NCBI RefSeq assembly: GCF_020745735.1
Contig: NC_083429.1
Span: 44,001,877-44,065,876, forward strand
DNA: 64,000 nt
Reading direction: 5' to 3'
Source: Hemiscyllium ocellatum
Taxonomy: Eukaryota
The translations under genes were made by a program, and so were the position numbers. Below, piece after piece: positions 38,637-52,018 of the stretch. The first letter of the stretch is position 1, and each line of letters opens with the position of its first letter. Below the pieces are notes generated by a model. The model was not told the origin of the DNA. It saw only the letters and a program-made list of their open reading frames with translations, and did no database searches.

Positions 38637-40170
38637 CCCACTTCAGTCCTAACTCATTATGTTTTTGGTCCAAACATGGACAAATGAGGTTCACTCGAGA
38701 GGGGTAGTGAGGGTGGCTGCTCTCGACATCAAGTTAGCTTTTGATCAAGTGTGGCACCGAGGATTTCAACTGAAACTGGAGTCAATGAGAATTGGGAGAT
38801 ATTCTCTGCTGATTGGAGTCATACATAGCACAAAGGAGGATGTTTGTGGTTGTTTGAGGTTAGTCGCCTCAGCCCTAGGACATCTCTGCAGGAGTTCCAC
38901 ATGGTAGGTACTTTGAACCTAGCAATTTCAGACATGTTATTACACACCTTTGGAGTGGGTGGGACTTGAATCCAGACCTTCTGGTCCAGATATAGGGACA
39001 ATGTCACAACAGTCAATAGTGGGGAGTACTTCAGATTAGAGTCCTAGGCCCACAATTTTCAGCTTCTTCATCAATGGCCTTCCCTTTATCATCAGGTCAG
39101 ATGTTTGCTAATGACTATACATTGTTCAGTGCCATTCCCAACTCCTCAGATACTGAAGAAGTCTGTATTCAAATGTAGCAAGACCCGAACAGGATTTAGG
39201 CTTGAGTTAATAGAGGGCAGGTGATATTCATGCCTCACTAGTAAATCCCTGGAATGACCCTGGATACAGTAAATAGACAAGATCTTTTCCCTGGGGTGGG
39301 GAATCCAGAACTAGAGGGCACAAGTTTAGTGTGGGGGGGGGGGGAAAGAGATATAAAAGGGACCTAAGGGGCAAGTTTTGACACAGAGGGTGGTGCATTT
39401 ATGGAATGAGCTGCCAGAGGAAGTGATGAGGCTGGTACAATTACAGCATTTAAAAAGCATCTGGTGGGTATATGAACAGGAAGGGCTTAGGGGGATATGG
39501 GCCAAGTGTTGGCAAATGGGACTAGATTAGGTTGGGATATCTGGTCAGCATGGGACTAGTTGGACTGAAGGGTCTGTTTCCGTGCTGTATATCTCCATGA
39601 CTCTATGACCCTCTCCAACAAGAGAGAGTCCAACCATCTAGGATAAAGCAGCCCAATTGACTGGAACTCTAACACCTTCAACAGTTATTCTCTCCACTAC
39701 CAATTCACACTAGCGGCAGTGTTCATGATCTACAAGATGTACTATAGCAAAACACAAAGGCTTCTTCCATAAATTGGACCTCTATCGCCTAAAAGAACAA
39801 GGGCAGCAGATGCATGGGGAATGTCACCATATGCAAGTTCCTCTCCAAGCCACACACCATCCTTACTTGTGAATATAATCACCGTTCTCTTTTTCACTGA
39901 ATCAAAATATTGGAACTCCCTTCCTACTAAATTGCCCGTAGTGTTAGGTAAGGGGTAAATATAAGGGTATGGGTATGGGTATGGGTGGGTTGCGCTTCGG
40001 CGGGTCGGTGTGGACTTGTTGGGCCGAAGGGCCTGTTTCCACACTGTAAGTAATCTAATCTAATCTAACTGCATTGTGGATGTACCTACCTCTCACTGAC
40101 TGCAGTGGGCAATTCAGGATGGGTAATAAATGCTGGCTCAGCCAGCACCAATCACATCCTGTTAAAGAAT
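38637..40170 (+). mobile_element. Old CR1/L2-type LINE (family of 1930-2928) interrupted by a SINE, a HER1-like fragment (39260-39608) and an HE1 tail (39920-40068)
   Basis: VRVAALDIKLAFDQVWHRG RT motif and colinear similarity to 1930-2928. Confidence 0.75.
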
Positions 40171-40310
40171 CAAAATCTCACCAATCTCCTGTTGTGCTGC
40201 CAAAGTGTTGTCTTTGAAGTTCCCATTCATGTGCAAAATTTGTCAAATTGCTTTGATTACACTCTTTCCTTTCTTGAAGGTATTAAATTGATTTTTAAAA
40301 TATATTCCAG

Positions 40311-40469
40311 GAGTCAAGATAAGCCTTTCCATGTTGACCAAGCTCTGACCCACGTGTTCACGAGAAGCCTCCCCTTCAGCAAGATAAAGCCAGTTGTCAT
40401 GGAAACCATTATTGGGAGTGAGCACTTCCTCTGCCATATCCCTGAGGAACTTGTTGAAAAGATTAACAG
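40311..40469 (+). CDS. FDXACB1: FDXACB1 coding exon 4
   Basis: SQDKPFHVDQALTHVFTRSLPF...PEELVEKIN; AG/GT boundaries in phase. Confidence 0.93.
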
Positions 40470-42494
40470 GTGGAGTAAGAGAATTACAAGGCACCAAAAT
40501 ATAGTTTATCATACACTGCCTAACAGTGCCAGCTGTGTTATTGTTAAAATATTTACTGAGATGGTGACATTATTAAGACTAAAAGGACATTAACTCGCAA
40601 AGCTCTGCTGTGCATTCTTAACAATACAGATAGGGTAATTCTCCCATTAAAATAATAGAGGGCAATTCACCCACAATAAAAACAAGGTGCCAGAGAAACT
40701 CAGCAATTCATAAAAAAAACTTTAACTTATTCTGTTTCTCTCTGGTTGAGCTGTTTTTTCTGCACTTTGTTTGTATTTCAAATCTCCACCATATTTCAAA
40801 TTTAAGTTGGCCCACAAGGCTGGAATTGCTTACATTAAGCAGTCGGAGATGAAAAGCTTTGACTCAAATGTCTTTAGTTCATTTTGGCCTAAAATGTGTT
40901 GTGTTATGTTGACTCTAGATGGAATAAGCACAAAGAGCTCAAAAACCTTAACTACATTAATTTCCTGAGAGGGTATGACAGTCTTATGGCTTGCTGCAAA
41001 CAGATATATATTTCAGATATTATCTATACTATCTTACTGGTTTTTTGTTCACTTTAATCTAATCATAAAATGATAGAAGTATACCAATTAGAAGCATTAC
41101 GAGGTCACTTGGCTAGTTGAGCCACTCATGGTTGGTCGAATTATTCCACATTCTGCCTACTCCTGATAACCTGTTAACCCCTTGCTTATCAAGAATCTAT
41201 TCAGCTCTGCCTTATTTTATCAACATTCATTGTAAAATAATTTATTTTCTTTTTTAAATGTAATACAAGGGAGGCCGTGGAAAAACATTGTGCAAACATT
41301 GAAGAAATGCGTTAGAAGGATTCAAAGGGATTCATTTTAAATGTCCAATTTATATATTGTCATTTTTTTTAGTACACTGTACCTTCACTTCCTCTTTTTA
41401 TTTAAGTATTGTTCCCAAGAATAATCACTAACCTTAACTTCTTTATTCTGACTTTATGTTGGATGTTGTTCAAATAGTGAGTGATGATTAGGTGTCTATC
41501 CCAAAACGGTATGATTATGATCAGAGAGCTCCCTGATTCCAGTTCATTTTCTTCTGGAGGACAGCAGTCTTGCTGGTATACAGTACTTCATAATCTTCTA
41601 CTATTTCAACTAAATGGACTTTGCGTTACTCTGAGCCTGGACTGTGAATGTTAGATCCAAGTTGGAGTGAGAGAGATCATTTGAGATGCATATACAACCA
41701 CAGGATGTCTCAGTGATTCAGAACCAATGAATTACTTTAAAAGTGTAGCCAGTGTCCTAATTGTAAGAAGTTTTGAGACTAGACAATACATTTAGGAGAG
41801 GAGACTCTTAATACAATGTTATTTGGACAATTTATCAAGGGAACTTAAGCGACACTTAACAGATGCAGACTGGTGTAATTCTACTTTAGATGGTTCTCTC
41901 TTCCCACTGCACTAAGAGCACAGGTGTTTCTTCTGTCTGTCTTTTTTTAAAATCTGTGCAAAGAGCACCTTCAAATGAGTTTTTAAAAGAAACTTTCTTT
42001 CCCCAGTACTCTTGCTGGATTCGAATATTGCTGTAATAGTTTGAACATTTCTCAAAAGGACAAATGTCCCATGATCGGAACTCAAAAACAAATGTCCTGA
42101 AAACCTAAATATTGTTGACTTTTTCCTGCTTGACCATTTATCCACTTAGTTACTTTTATACTCATTCAGTTTTAGCTGTAAAATCCATTCAACTGTTCAT
42201 TTCAAAGCCTATCCTTTGATCACCATTGGTAACCAGTGTGGGCATCTCACCTTCTTTTGCAATTCACACTGACAATTTATATTACAGTGTGACTTAAATT
42301 CAATTCCAATGACAAATGGCATATTTCCTAAGTATTCATTTGGGATTAATCCTTCATCTATCAAACACACATAAAAAGGAGGTTGTAATCCAAAAAGCAT
42401 TAAAGTACAAAATGGTGCATATTTCATACCCACTTCAGGGAATGTGTGATCAAATTCCACACTTCAAAGGTCACATGAACAGTGATAAGATTTT

Positions 42495-42870
42495 GTTTTT
42501 TATTCTAGCATGGAATGTGTGGGCATTGTTGGCAAGGCCGGCATTTGTTACCCATCCCTAATTATCCTCAAATTGAATGGCTTCATTGGCTAATTTAGAC
42601 AGCTATGAAAAGTCAACTGTATTGTTGTGGGTCTGGAGTCACATGTAAGCCAGACCAGGTAAGGGTGGCATATTTTGTTCCCTAAAAGGACGTCAGTGAA
42701 CCAGATGGGATTATAACAAATCGCAGAGGTTACATTGTTGTCATTAAACCAGCTTTTTAATTCCAGATTTTATTAAATTCAAGTTTCATCATTTGCCAAG
42801 GTGGGATTTAAGCCCATATCATTGGAGCTTTATCTCTGGACATTTTGTCCAGATGAGTTACCACTGTGAT
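42495..42870 (-). mobile_element. tRNA-derived SINE sharing its tail with the 1930-2928 LINE
   Basis: tgtgggtctggagtcacatgt...ccagaccag core also at 50410-50655, 57100-57722 and 58835-59170. Confidence 0.75.
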
Positions 42871-42889
42871 GCAGATATACATGATCTGT

Positions 42890-43160
42890 ATAAGTAATGG
42901 TGGCTGAGGAATAATATTGGCTTGGACACCAGGAACAACTCCCCCCATGCCAGTTAAAATAAAAGTATCATGTGACATTTTACATTTACCAGAGGGGCCA
43001 AATGGGCACTCAGTTTAATGGTTGATCAGAGAGACAGCTCCTCCAACTGTACAGTATTAAAGCAGTCCTGTACTGAGATGCCAGCTTATGTGGTACTTCA
43101 GTGGTTCTTGACCCGACAACTATCTGACTCAAATACTTTTCTGCCACCGAACTAAAAACT
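42890..43160 (-). mobile_element. Probable Deu-domain SINE remnant
   Basis: Minus strand ggtgtccaagccaatattattcctcagcca resembles the Deu core, recalled from memory. Confidence 0.45.
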
Positions 43161-43513
43161 ACCCTTTTTAAAATTCTGGTGAAAGGTCATTGCCCTGAAA
43201 TGTTGACACTCCACAGACACTGCTTGACTGCTGAGAATTTCCAAGTTTTGTTTTGGTTTTCATTTGATATCTGGCATCCAGTGTTTTGCTTAGTGGTAAT
43301 ATTTTATTTTGGATGAACCCTTCGCTTGGTAATTTGCGTCCCATTCATGCTGCCTTCCTATTTTGAGGAACATTATTTTGATATCCCCAGAAAGGTGTCA
43401 GTATTCAACTCTATTGGCTTCAAAGACTGACTGGAGGTGGAGGAGGGTAAAACCAAGAGAAGGGCAAAGTACTCACCTTGGGTATACATACCTCAAACTA
43501 ACTGCTGTTTCAA

Positions 43514-43770
43514 AGATTAGATTACTTTGAGTGTGGAAACAAGTCCTTTGGCCCAACAAATCCACACTGACCCGCCGAAGCGCAACCCACCCATTCCCCT
43601 ATATTTACCCAACACTACGGGTAATTTAGCATGGCCAATTCACCTGACCTGCACATCTTTGGACTTTGGGACGAAACCGGAGCACCCAGAGGAAACCCAC
43701 GCAGACACGCGGAGAATGTGCAAACTTCACAGAGTCAGTCGCCTGAGTCGGGAATTGAACCCGGGTCTCT
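43514..43770 (-). mobile_element. HE1-type SINE
   Basis: Matches 5344-5652, 5'-truncated. Confidence 0.88.
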
Positions 43771-43854
43771 AATTTCATGCCAGAGAAAGTGTCTTTTGCT
43801 TTAAACCGGGAGGTAGATTATTGGATGATCTTCGTCTTTAGATGCTTGAATGCC

Positions 43855-44110
43855 TTCTGACCAGATATCCCAACCCAATCTAGTCCCACCTGTCAGCACC
43901 CGGCCCATGTCCCTCCAAACCCTTCCTATTCATATACCCATCCAAATGCCTCTTAAATGTTGCAATTGTACCAGCCTCCACCACATCCTCTGGCAGCTCA
44001 TTCCATACATGTACCACACTGTGAAAAAGTTGCCCCTTAGGTCTCTTTTATATCTTTCCCCTCTCACCCTGAACCTATGCCCTCTAGTTCTGGACTCTCT
44101 CACTCCAGGA
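43855..44110 (-). mobile_element. HER1-like CR1 3' fragment
   Basis: Reverse complement of the 39290-39545 sequence. Confidence 0.8.
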
Positions 44111-44340
44111 TTTATATTGGGAAGGAAATTTCAGGTTTTGACCCAGCAACACTGAAGGAAATGTGATATATTTCCAGGATGAGTGACTTGTGTGTCAGGT
44201 TGCCTGTTTGGAAGGTGCTGTGGAAGGAGACGAGTTGCTTGCTGTTGGCCAATCCACCCTCCTCATACCCCCTTGTTTGAGAACTGGAGAAATGCATATC
44301 TTATATAAAATTGGTCTAATGGAGGTTTTGGTCATTGCAG

Positions 44341-45529
44341 GAATTTTCTTCAGGAAGGTTCACACCATCCCGTCAAGAAAATTGATGAGTTGTTGAGAAA
44401 GCAAATTGCAGATACAGTGAATCTACAGGAACTGGAAGACAGCTTTCCTCTGCTGTCAAAACAGTACCTTCAGCCTGATGGTGCCTGTGCAGAATCTGAA
44501 GTTTGTCAAGCTGAACTTTATTGGGTGAGCTGTTCCAAACTTCAAGAGGATGGATTGAGAAATATTGACTATGCTGAACTGCAGTACTCTGATGTTCCTA
44601 TGCAGATCTTTGGAAGCAAGAGGGGACAGATTGTGGACTACGCAATCTTGAAACAGCTTGGCATCCCTGGCTCAAGTGAAGATTGCAGGAGCTACTGCCT
44701 TCGGCCTACCCTGACAGGATATGTTGCCGATATTTTGCAAAAAACGGACTTCAGAGTTGAAGTAATTTATGCACTCAGTGGCACGGTTTTCAGGAAGTGT
44801 CTGATTACACCACAAACTATGCCAGTATTCCATGAGATGATTTTGTGTAGTGCTTTCAAAAAGAAAGCAGATTTTTTAAGTCTATTTATGTGCTCTGTGG
44901 AGAGGGCCATTTCATTCCTCATTAAGTCAGCATCAGGCACCGTGGACTGTATAGATAAAACCTTAAATTCGATCACTTTTGAAGAAGAGGGTAATGGGAA
45001 AAGCTGGACTATTCATTTTCGACAGACGGAACACCCAGAATTTACTGATCTAACTGTCGCAAAATTGGTTTGCATTCCTAATAAACAGGACAGTGAATTA
45101 AATATCTGTGTTATGTCAATAAATCTTGACCTGCTGTCCATGGTGCTGTACCACATAAATGACTGGAGGATGCTATGGACATTTGATGAACGCTTCCTAG
45201 ACCAGATTAGTGCAACCGAATTCAAACCGTTTTCTGAGTTCTCGCTCTACCCACCCACATATTCACATGACATCAGCTTCTGGGTCAGTGAGAATGGGAA
45301 ACCAGAGGAGTTGGAGCTCCATGCACTTGTAAGGCGGGTAACCAGGGAATCAGTGAAAGAAATGAAGCTGATTGACAGTTTCTTGCACACTCAATCCAAA
45401 CGTATGAGCTACTGTTACAGGCTAATGTACCAGTCATGTGACAAAGCATTGTCTTATCAGCAAGCATTGGAAATGCAACTGCATCTTAGAGTCGAACTGC
45501 AGAAACATTTTCAAGTAACTCTTAGATAA
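44341..45529 (+). CDS. FDXACB1: FDXACB1 last coding exon (PheRS-like region and ferredoxin-fold anticodon-binding domain)
   Basis: NFLQEGSHHPVK...DWRMLWTFD...SLYPPTYSHDISFW...CYRLMYQSCDKAL...TLR*; total 627 aa; AATAAA at 45638. Confidence 0.96.
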
Positions 45530-46795
45530 AAATGAGTACTTGGACCCATATTAGAAATGTGTATTTTTGTCTCATGCAGCGTATGATTGGCATTATGCTT
45601 ACTGAACTGTTGATATAAATGATTTTAAAATTTGAACAATAAACATCCTTGTTTACAATATGCTTATTGGTCCATGGACTTAATTCATCACCTCAAACTT
45701 CTTTCATTTCCACTAACCCCACCCCAGCAACCAGTAATGTGCCAATTAATTCAAAGTGCTGTCCAAATGTAACCCAAAATTGGTTTTCAAATCCTTCACT
45801 GTACTGCTAAAATGTCTTTCACAGTTCAGGTGAACGAGATTAAAAATTTCACACAAACAACAGGATATGTCACAAACTGTCATAGTATGGAGAATAACTC
45901 CCTGTTACAAATAGCTCACTGATTAACTGAATCATATAACCTTTTAGAATATAGTTTGACTTTTAGTGTGGTGACAGATGACCAGAGTGATCAATTGCAA
46001 CATAAGATAAAGCAATGCAAAAGGATTTTGTTGCAGAGAAAATTTTTAAAAAGCTTGAGTGCATTGTGCATTGAAGCAACAATGTACATGCGGATAGTGG
46101 AAGTGGTAGTGAGGAGAGCAGTTAGGTGACATCTCTTTTAGCCAGAGAGGTGTGGAAACTTTAGCTTGTTAAAAATCACAGGACCAGGTTATAGTCCGAC
46201 AGGTTTATTTGGAGGCACTAACTTGGAAAGCTAGTTGAAGCAGAGGCCATTGCATATTCTACGGAAAGCGCTAGATAAATATTTGAAGTGGAAAAAAAAT
46301 CCATGGCATTGGAGTTAGTTTTGCTTTGATCTAATCAAGAGGTGTGCAGACTCCATGGGTTAGTGTCCTCTGGGCTGTAAGTTTTAATACATTAACACTT
46401 TAATCTGTTCCTGGAATAGCTTGCTATCATGCCTGTCCACACTCAGTGCTTGCTACCCACACGATTAGATCTAGACTGGTAGAACCTGCCTTCTTGAGGT
46501 TTACTGATTGACCTGTGGTCTCTTGGCAGCTTTTTTTTTGCACAGCTCATTCTGTGACTTACATGACTAGTGAGATAATAACTTCATCACCAGATACTTG
46601 GTTTCCAAGCAACCCGCCTACATGTTTGGTACAAACTTAACAATTTTAACTGGAACCCCAACTTGCAGGTTTTCACTCATTCAGTTCCTTTAACAATAGA
46701 ACAGTTACACTATATTTATCACATTACTGACTTGGAATTAAGACAGTCAGGCCTCAGGAAGTAAAGATCATAGACTTTGATGACTCAAACTTCAT

Positions 46796-46923
46796 CAGGA
46801 AGAAGGGCTTATGCCCGAAATGTCGATTCTCTTGTTCCTTTGATGCTGCCTGACCTGCTGCGCTTTTCCAGCAACACATTTTTAAGCTCTGATCTCCAAC
46901 ATCTGTAGTCCTCACTTTCTCCT
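46796..46923 (+). mobile_element. PLE family B terminus, truncated inside the hammerhead
   Basis: gaagaagggcttatgcccgaaatgtc...ctcactttctcct flanked by actcaaa(a)cttcat repeats. Confidence 0.8.
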
Positions 46924-48689
46924 TACTCAAAACTTCATGCCAGTCCTTAAAAGTTAATGGGATCAGTTGAACCTCACATTACAGATTCAGCATGTTCCAT
47001 CTCCCTCTAAAGTTAACAGCTAACTGCTTGTATTTATCTACATCACTTCCTGTTCTCTGGGTGTTATTTGTGACAGAATGAAGGGGAGAGGGTATCTTTT
47101 ACAAAGATAAGGAAATAATTTTGTACAGAATCAATGTTCAGAATGAGGGTGTTGAGTCTGTAACCCAAACAGGTATCGATATTGAGGTCAAATTAAGGAA
47201 GTCTAAAGTAGCATACATTAATAATGTGATGACTGATTCAGGAGCAGGGGTCCTGCAGGAAATCATTAATTTAGGAGATGAGGCATAGAGGACCAGAGTG
47301 GTGTTCATGGAGGAGATTAGGAACAGCCTCTGCATGACAGAGGTTTGGAGGGACCGGGGAATGAGGTGATTGTTGGTGCTGCATGTACAAAGAAGTAGGA
47401 ATTTGAGACAGTGTGATCACTGCAGATGAGTACATGTATAGGAAGAGTTGAGGGATATAGGCCAAATGCTGGCAAGTGAGACAAAATTAATTTAGGATAT
47501 CTGATTGGCATGGATGAGTTGGATCGAAGGGTCTGTTACCATGCTGTACAGCTCTATGACACTGCCAAGGAGCTTAAAGGAATGCAAATTAATAGGGACA
47601 GGAGGGCTTCACACTTGTGAATGTGGACATGACCCTCTTCATTTTGGAGGGAATTCTGAATGGTGCTGGACAACTAGACAGTAGTTAATACTAAACCAAA
47701 CTTTGAAAAGGGCTATGAAGGAAAACAAAAGGCAGCAAAATTGTGCAGAGCATGTTAGTAGACGATTTCAGAACATTTATAGGAGAAAGGTTTTGTTGAA
47801 TGAATTTAATAAAAAAAAGAGTGCTTTGAGAAAAATAACAGACCTGATTCTTACAGAAGTTGAAAGTATTTAGATTCTAGCGGTACTTTTAAAAGGCAAC
47901 TAAAGAAAGCAATTAATGCATAATACGAGATGTGGAAGAAAAAAAATACTTCTGAAATAGATATGTTAGCTCAGACCTGGGAAAGTAAAGGGCACTTGAA
48001 TAACAGAATTGTGATGACACAGAAGAAGTCCAATCGGCCCATCGGCATCCGTGTAGGCTTTAAAGGGGAGGTTGCTGCAGATGTCACTTTTTTAAAAAAG
48101 TGATTACAGATGACGGCACAGAGCCCATGCTTGTTCAGCATGTAGGCACCACCAAGTTGGATGCAATTAAAAGGGTACTGCACAAAGGGGAAACGTAAAA
48201 TGATTAGAATCGATCACTTAGACCGTACTGTTTTTATGAACTTTTGTCGGTCTTAAGGTTTCGAGGCAATGACACGATTTTGAGATCCCGGGTAAATTTG
48301 AAACAGCTCTTAATTACAACAGTAAATATTTATAACAGAGCTGCAATTATATTGACAGGAAAGCGTGTACAGAAGTGACGAACTATTTAAGATACAATGT
48401 GTGTTAATCATCCCGAAAAGCGAAATTGCCATGCTGCATGTCTCTATGACTGTGCTCCGGTAATTTAATCGCTCCAGCTGCATAGTCTTCGAAACAACAA
48501 CGCAAGATAGGACATGCAGTTTCCTTTCTCCAGGTAAAAAGAAAATGCAAGAGTAAAACAACTACATACAAAGTTAAAAACCGTAAGAATTCCAGGGCTG
48601 AGCTTTTCCAGCCATTTCTGTTTTAGTGTCTGATTTATCTACAAAGATTTGAGATGGCCAGATGTTAAGTATTCTGCTGCCAAAAGAAA

Positions 48690-49220
48690 TGCGCGCAGAA
48701 CTTATTTTTGTAAGTGGTTCAGTGATCAAAAAGGGGCCTGGGAAACTCTGCAGCAGGGGGCTCACACTTAGTTTTTCGAAGATGCAGCAACAGTTTTTGT
48801 AACGCGACTGCACCGAGCGTGCATTTTGAGCCGCTCTGCTTCCCGTAAGAGGGACGGGCTGAGCCTCCCCGGTCACCATAGGTCCCGGTTGACAAGCAAT
48901 GGCCTCGAAGCTGAGGCACCGAGCCAGCGGCAGAGGGGCAGCCTCCAGCAGGCAGTCGCAGGACGGGAGCCTCCTTCCCGGGGGAGAGAGCAGCCGGCTG
49001 GCCCGAGGGGAGAGCAAAGCGGAGGAGAGGGGCGCAGAGAGCAGGGAGGGGTGAGTAGCTGGGCCGAGGCTGACCTGGCCCGCTGTTACCGGCGGCAGGA
49101 CCCCGGCAGCGTTCAGCGATCGCCCTGTTTCCCCCATCCCCCTGGGATTTGTCCTGGAGGGCCGGCGGCCGGCACTCTTCCCCAACTCCCGGGCCAACTG
49201 CACTGCGCCTGTGCGCCCAC
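48690..49220. promoter_or_regulatory. ALG9 CpG-island promoter
   Basis: CpG-rich segment spanning ALG9 exon 1. Confidence 0.7.
48899..49050 (+). CDS. ALG9: ALG9 alpha-1,2-mannosyltransferase exon 1
   Basis: gcaATGG start; MASKLRHRASGRGAASS...EERGAESRE(G); GTGAGT donor; phase 2 matches exon 2. Confidence 0.85.
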
Positions 49221-50691
49221 ATTGCTACATTCATTGATACATACATGTTACAATTCATTGTTACAATGTATCCATTCCATTGTTACTCACTCAGTCCAGG
49301 GACATTTCATTCTAACGGACCCTGCTCACCTAGGCGAGTGCTTCCCTTTTAAATTCTGCATTTGTTCTAAGAAAAACTTACAATACATAAGAAATGATCG
49401 CAGATGCAGGCCATTTGGCCCCCGTCGAACCTACACCGTTTTTCGACAAGATCCGAGCATACTTCAACCATTCATTCCGTCGTCAATTTATAGTGATATG
49501 CAAAATAGGTAATGTTGTGTGAAAGAAAATACACAGCGAGTCGTGCACTGCCTGGAAATGTGGTGGAGGCAGGTTCAGTTGAGGCATTGGATGATTATTT
49601 GAGTAGAATTTGTGTCTCAGGGTATGTGAAAGGCAGAAGATTGGCACTGGATAATAGAACAAACAGCATTAACAATTCTGTGATTCGGAATTTAAAATCA
49701 GCTTCGAATTAGACTTATTGACGCAGCCCGCGGTGCTCGCTCTGTTAATGTAATCCAGAGACGAATGACTCCGAGACAACATTTCTCAATATTTCATTCA
49801 AATGGGAGACCTCACGTTTTGAAATGAAGTCCTAGTTTTTAGTGCACCCCGATGAAGGAGACATCGTCTAAGAATCTACTTCCTCGAATCTTGTTTGTTT
49901 AAAATAAAAGGCATGTCTCATTCTGCTAACCTCTAATACCACGAAGATTTTGGTGAACGGTTAGCGTTGGGTGGAGGAGTTACAAGACTAGAGGAGGTTT
50001 TCCTGCTTCTTTGCTGGGATACAGACACCCTAAGACCCAGATCTGTGATAATCTCACTTATTATATTCAGTTAGAGCTGGATTGGTTCTCATCTCTGTTT
50101 AAAAGGAAAAGTTCAGGGGAGACCTAATAGAGGTCTTTAAAAATTATGGAACTTTTTGATAGAGAGAAGAGGGGGAATATAAGATGCCATCAATACTCGA
50201 TAGTCCTCAAGAACCCAATAGGAATTCAGTGAAAGACTTCTTCACCCAAAGGATAATGAGAATACAGCACAGAGGGTTGTTGAAGCAAGGAGCTTGGAGG
50301 TAATGAAGGGAAGACTAGACAGGATATGAGGGAGAGAGAGAGACCCAGATGATTACGTTGGTTGATTTAGACGAGAAAAGTTGAGAGGAGGCTTGAGTGG
50401 AGGATAATTTTGTTTCATTCGTTCACAGATGAGGGCATTTCTGGTTAGGTTAGTATGTCCTGTCTATCCCTAATTGCCCAGAGTCAACCTCATTGCTGTG
50501 GGTCTGGAGTCACATGCGAGCCAGACCAGCTAAGGATGGCAGTTTCCCTTCTCAAATGACATGTGTGAACCAGGTAGTTTTTCTGAGTATTAGATTCATG
50601 GTCATCATTAGATTTTTTTAATCCCAGATTATTATTGAATTAAAATTTCCCATCTGTTGTGGTTCTGCTCGCCGAGCTGGAAGTTTTTGCT

Positions 50692-50731
50692 GCAAACGTT
50701 TCGTTCCCTGGCTAGGGAACATCATCAGTGC
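50692..50731 (-). ncRNA. Minimal type I hammerhead ribozyme (PLE family A)
   Basis: GCA CUGAUGA U GUUCCCU-AGCC-AGGGAAC GAAAC GUU UGC. Confidence 0.8.
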
Positions 50732-51910
50732 GGTGGGAGCCTCGTGTGAAGCGCTGCTTTGATGTTTCTTCCGGTATTTATATTAGTTTGTTCTTGCCGC
50801 TTCCGGGTGTCAGTTTCAGCTGCAGTGATTTGTATCTGGGGTCCAGGTCGATGTGTCTGTTGATGGATGTTCTTGCCGTTTCCGGGTGTCAGTTTCAGCT
50901 GTAGTGGTTTGTATATGGTGTCCAGGTCAATGTGTCTATTGATGGAGTTTGGGGATGAATGCCATGCTTCTAGGAATTCTCTGGCTGTTCTCTGTCTGGC
51001 TTGTCCTATGATAGTGGTGTTTTCCCAGTCAAATTCATGTTGCTGGTTGTCTGAGTGTATGGCTACTAGAGATAGCTGGTCGTGTCGTTTTGTGGCTAGC
51101 TGATGTTCGTGGATGCGGATTGTTAGCTGTCTTCCTGTTTGTCCTATATAGTGTTTTGTGCAGTCCTTGCATGGTATTTTGTAAACTGCGTTAGTTTGGC
51201 TCATGCTGGGTATTGGGTCCTTTGTTCTAGTGAGTTGTTGTCTGAGCGTGGATGTTGGCTTGTGTGCTGTTATGAGTCCTAAGGGTCGCAGTAGTCTGGC
51301 TGTCAGTTCTGAGACACTCCTGACGTATGGTAGAGTGGCTAGTCCTTTTGGTTGTGGCATGTCCTCGTTCCGTGGTCTATCTCTTAGGCATCTGGTGATA
51401 AAGTTGCGTGGGTATCCGTTTTTGGCAAATACCTTGTATAGATGTTCCTCTTCCTCTTTTCGCAGTTCTGGTGTACTGCAGTGTGTTGTGGCCCTTTTGA
51501 ATAGTGTCCTGATGCAGCTTCGTTTGTGTGTGTTGGGGTGGTTACTTTCATAGTTTAAGACTTGGTCTGTGTGTGTTGGTTTCCTGTGTACCCTTGTGGT
51601 GAATTCTCCGTTGGGTGTTCTCTCTACTAACACGTCTAGGAATGGGAGTTGGCTGTCCTTTTCTTCTTCTCGTGTGAATCGGATTCCTGTGAGTGTGGCG
51701 TTGATGATTCTGTGTGTTTTTTCTATATCTGTGTTTTTGATGATTACAAAGGTGTCATCAACATATCTGATCCAGAGTTTGGGTTGGATTTGTGGTATGG
51801 CTGTATGTTCTAATCTTTGCATAACTGCCTCTGCTATGAGTCCTGAGATTGGTGATCCCATGGGTGTTCCGTTGATTTGTTCTTATATCTGATTGTTGAA
51901 TGTAAAGTGT
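50725..51910 (-). pseudogene. Truncated PLE RT/GIY-YIG ORF
   Basis: 378-aa open segment; the upstream frame reads HFTFNNQI*EQINGTPMG and ends at the inversion junction. Confidence 0.9.
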
Positions 51911-51978
51911 ATATTAGAACAAACTAATATAAATACCGGAAGAAACATCAAAGCAGCGCTTCACACGAGGCTCCCACC

Positions 51979-52018
51979 GCACTGATGATGTTCCCTAGCC
52001 AGGGAACGAAACGTTTGC
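51979..52018 (+). ncRNA. Minimal type I hammerhead ribozyme (PLE family A, inverted arm)
   Basis: Exact reverse complement of 50692-50731. Confidence 0.8.

Noticed and set aside
48574-49512. Three long overlapping ORFs (209, 179 and 228 aa)
   Set aside because: By-products of the GC-rich ALG9 CpG island; the real exon is in another frame with a good start and donor
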